Shown: positions 20,237 through 28,259 of the stretch, one piece after another | How positions within the stretch are numbered: the stretch's first letter is position 1 | Layout: every line of letters starts with the position of its first letter | NCBI GenBank assembly: GCA_964441155.1 | Contig: CAYYKL010000001.1 | Location: forward strand, 24,393 to 88,392 | Source: an uncultured Pseudomonadales bacterium | Lineage (GTDB): Bacteria; Patescibacteriota; Microgenomatia; UBA1400; RBG-16-45-19 | Direction of reading: 5' to 3' | DNA length: 64,000 nt | Made by a program: the position numbers and the translations under genes | Notes under the pieces: generated by a model | Told to the model about the DNA's origin: nothing | The model's input: only the letters and a program-made list of their open reading frames with translations | The model's database searches: none

Positions 20237-20590
20237 TTACAGTAGATACGGCAAAAAGATAATAAGTCCAATAATCACTGAGGCAAGAGATGCCACGAGC
20301 ACCATACCGGCGGCAACGTCTTTGGCCGCTTTGGCGTGGGGCGAAAATTTGAGCGTGATCATGTCGGTCAACGATTCAATGGCAGTGTTGGCGAGTTCTG
20401 CCAAAATCACCATAAAAATTGCCAGCGTAATAAACAACCATTCGATCACCGATAGCTGCACAATAAGCCCAATAATTATGACCAGTGAGGCCACGACCAA
20501 GTGAATCTTGAGATTGATTTGGGTTTTAAACGCATGCACCAAGCCATCAAGCGCATGATTAAAGCCAATTCGCTGAAAGAGTGATGCCAT
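20237..20590 (-). CDS. dgkA: DgkA-family diacylglycerol/undecaprenol kinase
   Basis: Three TM helices with ELANTAIE and AKDVAAG motifs. Confidence 0.9.
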   Translation of the reverse strand: MASLFQRIGFNHALDGLVHAFKTQINLKIHLVVASLVIIIGLIVQLSVIEWLFITLAIFMVILAELANTAIESLTDMITLKFSPHAKAAKDVAAGMVLVASLASVIIGLIIFLPYLL

Positions 20591-20660
20591 AAGATTATTG
20601 TACCAGTAAATGATAGTGAGTTATCTAAGAAACAACTCTAGTGAAAGCTTGCTCTTAAAC

Positions 20661-21023
20661 TCAGTTTGTTGAGTCAGTAATAAAATCAATTTGTGCGTGC
20701 AAAGCATACTTTGGAATTTGACCATCTGTCATCTCAACTATCGAGGCAATGGCAATCGAAGGACGTGTTAGATGCACAAATGAAATAACGTTCCTGCCCG
20801 TATGGGGATCATTCAGAGTGAGCGCGCCTTCAATCATGCCATGATGATCTGATTTCCAAGTTGCAAGGCGAACCTCTTTTGGCGTTGCCAAATCCAGCTC
20901 TATATCCTGATCAAAACCTATCTCTGTTGGAACTAGTCCGGCCAAAGTTGATTTGAGCGCAGCCAAATCTGTCCCGATTAAAGGTGGATTGGCGATACGA
21001 ACTTCAAGTGCTCGTGTACTCAT
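20661..21023 (-). CDS. Hypothetical protein directly downstream of the hammerhead ribozyme
   Basis: 120-aa ORF with ATG start; purine-rich AAGGGA about 11 nt upstream. Confidence 0.65.
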   Translation of the reverse strand: MSTRALEVRIANPPLIGTDLAALKSTLAGLVPTEIGFDQDIELDLATPKEVRLATWKSDHHGMIEGALTLNDPHTGRNVISFVHLTRPSIAIASIVEMTDGQIPKYALHAQIDFITDSTN

Positions 21024-21035
21024 GGTAAAAGTTTT

Positions 21036-21099
21036 CCCTTTCGTCCTGTGTTTATATTACTAAACCGGACTCATCAGTCCCGACATAATCGGGAGAGGG
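21036..21099 (-). ncRNA. Hammerhead ribozyme, type III
   Basis: Minus strand: CCC-UC, Stem I UCCCGA-UUAUG-UCGGGA, CUGAUGA, Stem II GUCC...GGAC, GAAA-GGG. All core nucleotides and three stems are present. Predicted cleavage after CUC, between 21095 and 21094. Confidence 0.9.
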
Positions 21100-21206
21100 G
21101 CAAAGCGGTACGGGGTCAGAAAATCGATTGGAGCTGATAAATCAGCAAAAATGACAGGTGTCATTTTCCAAAAGATGTTCGTCTCCCATACAGCTTCGCG
21201 CCCTTT
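21094..21206 (-). ncRNA. Candidate branched structured RNA abutting the hammerhead
   Basis: Long closing stem AGGG(C)GCGAAGC-U-GUAUGGG / CCCGUAC-C-GCUUUGCCCCU enclosing two inner hairpins (21133-21146 and 21148-21167). G-U pairs favour the minus strand. Confidence 0.55.
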
Positions 21207-21230
21207 ACAAAATGCTAGTTGAAACTAGCG
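21207..21230 (-). terminator. Possible intrinsic terminator after the vWA gene
   Basis: GCUAGU-UUCA-ACUAGC followed by AUUUUGU on the minus strand. Confidence 0.45.
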
Positions 21231-21259
21231 TTGATCCTAAAGCGAACTAAAGTGTTGGC

Positions 21260-22273
21260 CTAACGATGACCGTGATGGCCGGCCGGCTCGTGGTGATCCT
21301 CGTCCTCGTGGTCCTCTTCGCCATGGCCGTGGTCGTCATCGGCGTCCAGTTCGACTTCCCACTGCTGGCCTTGCGCCTTGAAAACGATGTGCTCGACATC
21401 CGACGGAATCTTCAACTCAATGAAGACCGGGACGTCATCTTCCCAGGAGGCCAGCAGGTTGCCCTGGTCGTCTTCGATGACCGCCCCGCCTTGGAAGGCA
21501 TACATCTGCGCGTCGGCCAAATGGGCGACGATCCCGGCGAGATCCGGCAATTCGCTGAGCATGTTGTAGCAGAAGGCCGCGCTGGGCGCATCCTCATGCT
21601 CGGTGTCATGCAACAGCTCCTCCAACATATCCTCGCTGACCTGATCGCCCACACCGACAACGCTGACCACCAGCTTGGGCAGGTCGCCGCGCGCGATGGC
21701 GGCTTCCAGCTGCTCGACATACTCGCCAACTTCGTGGAGGTCATGCCACTGGCCATCCGTGACCACGCAGAGCAGGGCTTTATCGATGCGCTCGCCGTTG
21801 CCGATCCGGAGTTTGAGGTGCGTGATGAACTCGCGCAACGCGGGGAGGAAATAGGTGGCGCCGCCGAAGTCGCCGTTCGGACCGTCGAACCGGTGGGATA
21901 ACGCTTCCTCAGCGGTCATCTCATCGGGATCGACGACAGCGATCTTCGTACCACTTTCCCCCACCGCCCAGTAGGTGACCCAGACGGACTTCGTCGAGTC
22001 CATCTTGACCAGATAAGGCAGGATGACGCCCATCGCCTGATCGACTTGGTTAGCCGCCAGACCCAGGAGTCGGCTGATACCGCCCTTGCCGTACTCGTCC
22101 TGGAAGGACTTGCTCGCGTCGATAGCCATACCCACGGCGAGATTCTCGATGGTGTCGAACGGGAGGACCCCCTCGAGATGGTAGTAGCCGTCGGAGCCGA
22201 GGCCGCAGTGAACGTCAACGAACGGAAGTTGGGCTTGGTGCTTGTGGGCACCATGATTAACGTGACTAGACAT
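21260..22273 (-). CDS. vWA-domain protein with His/acid-rich termini (GC-rich gene)
   Basis: MIDAS DASKS, GGAT, VVTDG and VVGVG motifs; C-terminal DDDHGHGEEDHEDEDHHEPAGHHGHR; GAGGT SD. Confidence 0.85.
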   Translation of the reverse strand: MSSHVNHGAHKHQAQLPFVDVHCGLGSDGYYHLEGVLPFDTIENLAVGMAIDASKSFQDEYGKGGISRLLGLAANQVDQAMGVILPYLVKMDSTKSVWVTYWAVGESGTKIAVVDPDEMTAEEALSHRFDGPNGDFGGATYFLPALREFITHLKLRIGNGERIDKALLCVVTDGQWHDLHEVGEYVEQLEAAIARGDLPKLVVSVVGVGDQVSEDMLEELLHDTEHEDAPSAAFCYNMLSELPDLAGIVAHLADAQMYAFQGGAVIEDDQGNLLASWEDDVPVFIELKIPSDVEHIVFKAQGQQWEVELDADDDHGHGEEDHEDEDHHEPAGHHGHR

Positions 22274-22361
22274 TTCGATTTACCTCTTTTTTTTGAATTT
22301 CGTATCTGTGTCGTCCCAAGCCATCCAAGTTGACCTTGAAGGTTTTTTTGCCTCAGTTAGC

Positions 22362-22581
22362 CAGAAGTCTCGCGACTTTCTGTTTCTTTCTCCTAAAAAG
22401 ATTTTCTCTAACTTCAGCTGATGGCTCGCTGGATAAAACTATTTTTACCCACTGAGCCACCGCCGAAGAAAGCAAAATCTTTCAATTGGAGTGCTTTAGA
22501 ATCAATTTGTAAAGGTGCAAAAATGCACTTTTAATCCCTCACACAAAACAAGCAATTTGCTTTAGGAGTGACTAAAAGCGC
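22362..22581 (-). promoter_or_regulatory. Structured 5' leader of the vWA gene
   Basis: Hairpins at 22525-22581, 22397-22482 (long irregular stem) and 22362-22382 (GCGA tetraloop), downstream of an AT-rich promoter region. Confidence 0.45.
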
Positions 22582-22726
22582 GAACTTAAAATGTTAGTGT
22601 TCAAATCAATGAACAAAGTATTATATGTTATAGGTTTATATATTTCAACAACTATATTTGTCATCTAATCTAGCGAGAATTCAGAATTTAAAAAACTATA
22701 GACTCTCCTTCTCTGAATGAGAAGGA

Positions 22727-24199
22727 TCAAGTCTCAAAATCATTAGTCCAATCATCAACCTTTGATGTTCGGGGTTGGATTGGTTCAAATTCTGCTGAAT
22801 AATCAGGCTCAGTTTTTTTCTTCTTAGGCTTCACTACCGGATCGGACTGCTTTGTTTTTGGTTTATGGGTTGCGGCCTCAAAATCCGCCGCCCAGTCAGA
22901 TGCGTCAGAAATTGTATTTGTAGGTTTAGAGCTAGTGGCAGCAAAGTCATTTCGCCAATCCTGTGCATCCACTTGAACTGGCGGCCTGACGAGTGGCGCG
23001 AAATCAGCAGAATAATCTGGTCTAACAGGTTCTGTGGGACGCTTTTTTGGTTTGGGTTTTGGTTGTCCACCCGGCCTTGATTCTGGTCTTGTGACAGGTG
23101 AAGGAGCAATAGGTCGAGGAGTTGGTGTTATTGGTTTTGGCAATTGTTGAGCAGGAACTATCACTTTTGGTTTCAACTGGTCAAATGAAACATCACTCAA
23201 TGTGCTAAATAATCGTTTATCATCGGGTGTAGAAATAACCAGCAAGACTTCACGTATCAATTGCACATAATCTTCGGGAGTTGCTTGCGGAGGGATTTGT
23301 ATTTGCTCTTGACTCCATGAAGGAAGAAGTTGACGCAGTTTATCAATGAATGATCCTGAAGCAGGAGTAGTAGATTTTTTAGTGGATCGTGTCGCCGTGT
23401 CATCTTTGATCACATATCCTTCAGCTTCAAGTTCCCTTTCTACGCGTTCGCGATTGGGCAGAGGAAGTATTGCACTAACAAATGGGTGTGTGATTCCCTG
23501 ATCCAACATATCTTTTTGTAAAAATGCGAGTAAATCATGCGTGACGCGCATCATGATGTGATTATTTCCCATTTGTTCGATAGTGCCTGCATCAATGATC
23601 GGATACACCAATCCTATACCCTGACGTTTTTCCACTGCCTGGAGTGGACGGGTGGCGACTATCAATTGGTTAATCTGGGCATGATTTTCTCCAAAGGTAG
23701 AAATAGGAAACTGACTCGATGCATATGCATGGAGTAAATCAAGTCGTCCGACAGTCAATTCACCTTGGTGTAAGACTTTTTTTATTTCCAATTTACCAAG
23801 CACTATTTTTGCCCGAGCACTGACGCGCGCTCGCAAGGTGATCGGATCATTGAAGCCCTGATGATCAGTTTGTTGACTGATATTGGAAATAGAATAAAAA
23901 TCCATTTCTGCAGCTTCGATGTAGCGGAATTTGTCGCGCTTACTAACCCGCGCCTGCTGATAACTTCCTTGAAGAGAGGGATGTAAATCTCCGACTGGCA
24001 CGACATCGATCACATCATCGACGCAGCCTACCACTGCCAACGTATGCACGGTATCCGAATTTGGATCTTTCAAATGAAATACATCCAACAATACTTGCTG
24101 GACTCGAGCTAGTTCGCTTGAAACCGGAGTTTCATTACCTGAAGCTCGGAAAAAATCCGGCCATTGATTTGGTATTGGTGTGCGTGCTTCTCTTGTCAT
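22727..24199 (-). CDS. Hypothetical protein with a Pro-rich linker and five D-[WY]-x-x-[DE]-F repeats
   Basis: Long ORF; start MTREART at 24199 with AAGGT upstream. Repeats are DYSADF, DWRNDF, DWAADF, DYSAEF and DWTNDF. Confidence 0.85.
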   Translation of the reverse strand: MTREARTPIPNQWPDFFRASGNETPVSSELARVQQVLLDVFHLKDPNSDTVHTLAVVGCVDDVIDVVPVGDLHPSLQGSYQQARVSKRDKFRYIEAAEMDFYSISNISQQTDHQGFNDPITLRARVSARAKIVLGKLEIKKVLHQGELTVGRLDLLHAYASSQFPISTFGENHAQINQLIVATRPLQAVEKRQGIGLVYPIIDAGTIEQMGNNHIMMRVTHDLLAFLQKDMLDQGITHPFVSAILPLPNRERVERELEAEGYVIKDDTATRSTKKSTTPASGSFIDKLRQLLPSWSQEQIQIPPQATPEDYVQLIREVLLVISTPDDKRLFSTLSDVSFDQLKPKVIVPAQQLPKPITPTPRPIAPSPVTRPESRPGGQPKPKPKKRPTEPVRPDYSADFAPLVRPPVQVDAQDWRNDFAATSSKPTNTISDASDWAADFEAATHKPKTKQSDPVVKPKKKKTEPDYSAEFEPIQPRTSKVDDWTNDFET

Positions 24200-24251
24200 A
24201 TATTTTTTATTACCTTTTTTTGCGCTCAAGACATAAACGCAAAAAGAGGCA

Positions 24252-24306
24252 AACAAGAACATCATTTTTTTACAGCGCCCGAACTGCGCAAAAATGATGT
24301 TCTTGT
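24252..24306 (-). terminator. Strong intergenic hairpin (terminator or processing stem) after the PspA-like gene
   Basis: ACAAGAACATCATTTT ... AAAATGATGTTCTTGT inverted repeat followed by a U-rich tail on the minus strand. Confidence 0.55.
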
Positions 24307-24321
24307 CGAACCTACAGAAAA

Positions 24322-25182
24322 CTAATTCTGGCTCTTCTCACCCTCCTTGAGCTGCTTGACAACCATCGCCGGATCTTGCTGCAGACCGCGCTCGGCCAGG
24401 AGCTCTTCGATTCGGCCGGTCCGCGCCGCGGGGGTCAAGAGAAGCAGTTCGCGCTGAACAGCTGCGCTGCTGGGCACACGTTGGAACGTGTCCCGTGCCG
24501 CATTCGCAGCTGCGACCGCACGATTTGCCTGGGATTCCAGGTCCCGCAACTCGCGCGTTGCTGAGTTATCCGTACCGACCCCGCTAGACGCGTGGTAAAA
24601 GTCTTTTGCAGCCTGGCCAGCAGTCGACTTCCCCGCAGCAACTTGCGCTTTCCGAATGGTTTCGGCCTTGAGAGTCTGGACGAGTTCCTTCAGTCTGCTC
24701 GCTTCATCAATCATCCTGAGTGCGGCCTCATAGTCGGGCTGCATATCCTGCAAGGATGATTCGAAACCTTGAATCTTAGCATCGGCTTGTAAAGCCGCGC
24801 TTTCGTTCATCCCGATTTCTTGATTTTGCCGAGCGTCGTCGATGCCATCGCCCATCAATTGCTTGAGGTTGTTCAACGCCAGTTCACGAATTTCAAGTTG
24901 TTCTTCACGTTGCCGCTGAAGCAGCATGTACGCATCGACCACTTGTGCATTGTGAACCTGCGCTTGCTCTAGCTGCCGCAGACGCTGTTGCGCCTCCGCC
25001 TCAGCTTTGGTTTCGATCGTCTGAGCTCGTAGTTGCGCATTATAGACGCTGTCAGCCGTTTTATCGGCTTTGGCGCCAAACGCGTTCATGAGTTTCCGAA
25101 GGGCATTCCGTCCCATCGGAGTCGCTACCAACACAAGCCCAACAAGCAGAATACCAATCAAACCAATCACAGTCGGATCCAT
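24322..25182 (-). CDS. Membrane-anchored coiled-coil protein, PspA/IM30 (ESCRT-III)-like
   Basis: N-terminal TM, then an amphipathic helix (GRNALRKLMNAFGAKADKTAD) and long A/E/Q/R coiled coils in a PspA-like layout; AAGGAG SD before ATG 25182. Confidence 0.65.
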   Translation of the reverse strand: MDPTVIGLIGILLVGLVLVATPMGRNALRKLMNAFGAKADKTADSVYNAQLRAQTIETKAEAEAQQRLRQLEQAQVHNAQVVDAYMLLQRQREEQLEIRELALNNLKQLMGDGIDDARQNQEIGMNESAALQADAKIQGFESSLQDMQPDYEAALRMIDEASRLKELVQTLKAETIRKAQVAAGKSTAGQAAKDFYHASSGVGTDNSATRELRDLESQANRAVAAANAARDTFQRVPSSAAVQRELLLLTPAARTGRIEELLAERGLQQDPAMVVKQLKEGEKSQN

Positions 25183-25506
25183 CTTTACTATTCTCCTTAA
25201 GTTGTTTAGAGCATTACCTCGGACGTGGTCTGCTCGCTCGACGCACAAAATTTATGCGACCAGCGAGCAAACCACTTTCGTTAATTTTTCTGTAGGTGTT
25301 AATGTGCAAAAAATAACCACAAAAAATCCGCAGCTTAGGCGAATTTGTAATTATCTTCTTCAAATCAATCGTTACGATTAATTAAGACCGGAATTATAGC
25401 CTTGGGACTAAAATATGTCAAAGTTATAGGGTATAAATAACCAAATCGAAATTGCTACGCAGAAGCTATAAACACAATCACTTCTCGTTTTCAGAGCCTG
25501 TGGCGT

Positions 25507-28092
25507 TTATTGCTTGATGAAGTCGCTCACCACAACGTTGAAGTCAAATATATCTACTTGCCCGTCGTCATTGAGATCGCCAGTTTCGAGCTGAGAACTA
25601 AAAAGTAATTCAATAATTGTTCGGATATCGTTGCTATCGACCACTCCCCAAGGCTCGGTAATATCACCTCGAAGAATCGGGGTGGGAAGTGGAGAAGGAT
25701 TATCTGTAGGCAAGGGAGTTGGCAAAGGGGAAACTGAGGGGTAATCCAATTTGGTGTAGGCATTGGTTCTCTGCAGGTTTCCGCCTGCAATTGGCCAGAG
25801 CATGGTTTGATCGTGATAGTCACCAGACAAAAGAGTGAATTGCGCGGATTTATTCGGCAGTGTATAAAACAGCGCAGTCTTTCCCCCGCTCTCCCCTAAT
25901 GAAATGGAGGAAGCGCCACATGCTTCATCGATTGTTTGCGTGATTTCTCCCCAAACGGAATACACAACTGGAGCACAATCGGTGCTGGCAATTATCTCTG
26001 GCTGCAAATGCGCATCAGTATTACCCACTAGTATTGGACTTGCCGGTTTCGTAGATATGTTTGGCAGAGCAACTGGCCAACCTGGACGCACATTCCCTTG
26101 ATGATCAACCACCTTAAGTTCTCCCTTCTTTGGAGAATAAATCAAATCAAGTGTACCGTCATAGTCCAAATCTGCTGGAGTGGCTGTCGTTACTACTGAC
26201 TCGGTGATTGGTTGTTGAGCTAGTGGTTGTAACAAATGATCGAAGACTGTTATTGAAAGCGTGTTCAAACCTTGATTTTCTGTGGTTAAGAGTATCTCTT
26301 TTTTAGTATCACCGTCAAGATCGGCGAGTTTGATGTCTCTCGCTCTTTTTCCTTTCATTTGAGCTGAAGCAGTCGCGACATCTCCCAAATGATCATAAAC
26401 GGTTAAAACTGTGTCCCAGTTAGGCGAAACACCTGGCTCATCCATAACCCCTATGACGACTTCAGTATCACCATCTGCATCGATATCACTCAAAGCTGGA
26501 ATCGAAAATTCTGTAGAATAAACGAAGCCACTTCCCCAAATGCTTTTCAGACTAGTATCATTCCACTCAGAAATGCCAAATGATGAATCGAGATGATTAT
26601 TTACTCGTATTAACTCGTACTCTTCATCTTGATCAACATTGGTAAGACTATAGAAGTTGCTCGTGGTTCCTGCGGCTGTATATGCAAATACATACGGGTT
26701 CACACTGTTCTGTTGAAAAATGAGCGTGCTTTTTGACGTGCCCACCACAATATCGGCACGATCGTCTCCCGTGAAATCACCAATCAAGGGTGGATTCACC
26801 TCAGTCTCTCCAGCAAATGCTCGGCTCCATATTGTTTCCCCAGACTCGCTAATTAATTTGACTATGAGCTCATTGTAGGTAGACTTGCCTGTTAAGAGGT
26901 ACGTTGAAGGTTGCTCTTTGTTATCGATAGGCACTATGTGTTCAGCGGAATAGATGAATTGATGCGGCCATGACTCACCTGCAACTCGCTGTGGTTGATT
27001 GCAGCTTGCGTGAAGCCAATAGAAAACACAACCATCTGGGCCTCCATACAATCCCATATCGGATCGGCTTGCATCAGCATCAATTAAGGTCGGGTCTCCA
27101 GCGTCAATTGCGGGGGATGTGGGTAGCGGAGAATATGGCAGAATGTTCAACGGGTCGAGTTGTGCATCAGCATTCAGAAGATTGTTTTCGGCAACTATGA
27201 TTCCTTGCCCTTAGGTTTGATCGCTGACTTCTTGATTATATTTGAAGAGAGAATATTTAACGCTCACATGAGCTTTTTCTAATGCGACTAAGGGAGAATG
27301 CAATATGCTATTTGTGACATTAGCTCTGGTGTCTTGCCGAGCAATAATCGGATTTGTGCTATACATGTTTGTTTTTGCAAATACTGAGTTCGCCACTTCT
27401 ATAGTTGATAAAGAAGCACCTGACTCCAATAGGCCTTGGGAAACGATATCGGCATTTCCATTGTTTACAAACAAACTATTAGTCACATTCACTTGACCTC
27501 TAACATTATTTATTCCAGCAATCTCATTCTGAGCAAAACGCACGCCCTTAATGTTCACTCGAGCATCTTTATCTACAAACAATCCATGCCCCAATGAACA
27601 AGGTTGAACTAGATCATTTATTTGGCAATTGTAGTCCATGTTAAAGCCAGAAAATTCCAATCGCTCAAGCTTGACGCTCCCTCCAATGATCGCCATTCCC
27701 GAAGCATTAGTGCTGGCAGCTCCATCGAATTGGGAGATTCTCGTTTCGGGCACAATCGTTACATGTTTATTTAAAATTACGAGAAGTGCTTTTCTCTTAT
27801 GCTGACTGCCGTCGCCTGGATCAAACAAGTATTCTTCAAAAGTTTGACGGCGCCATTGCTCACCCCGCAATACAATTATGGTTTTGTCTTCGAATGATCC
27901 CTCGGGAGCACTATTGATTGCTTCTTGGATCACGTCCATATTATTAGCAAAGTTTTGGGCTTTCAAGTCACATTGGCCACTGGTTTGCGTTTGATCGCAG
28001 ACAATAATCTGTTCTTGAGCAGCAGAAGCGGGGCTTATAGTAAAAACTAGCAACACCCACAAGCTTATTGCGAAAATAGAAATTTGCTTCAT
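25507..28092 (-). pseudogene. Secreted beta-helix + FG-GAP-like repeat + dockerin-like protein interrupted by one in-frame TAA (ORFs 27211-28092 and 25507-27150)
   Basis: Both ORFs are in the same frame and the junction reads SDQT*GQGIIVAENNLLNADAQLDPLNILPYSPLPTSPAIDAGDP. Signal peptide, SPAIDAG..RSDMG motif, DxDxDG repeats, Pro/Thr linker and C-terminal GDLNDDGQVDIFD. Confidence 0.8.
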
Positions 28093-28259
28093 ATATGCTT
28101 TAAGTATAGCGAGATTGTTTTCACGAGCGCAATGTGCAGTGCTTCGTCGAGGCACTGACGTTTATTTGTGAAGGACCTTACGCCAATTTTTTAAATAATA
28201 AAAGGCTTACAAAGCCTATTTTGTTTGCAACCTGAAAGTAACTGCTTACAATCAACATA

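Noticed and set aside
20661-21023. Similarity between the N-termini of the 120-aa orphan and the 55069 pseudogene
   Set aside because: Only a few residues match (LE....PP); too weak to claim paralogy.
21266-22333. Long alternative-frame ORFs over the vWA gene (211, 114, 112 and 95 aa)
   Set aside because: Shadow ORFs expected from the GC-rich codon bias; only the 337-aa frame has motifs and an SD.
22340-22390. c-di-GMP-I riboswitch in the vWA leader
   Set aside because: A GNRA hairpin is present, but the conserved flanking motifs and receptor stem were not found.
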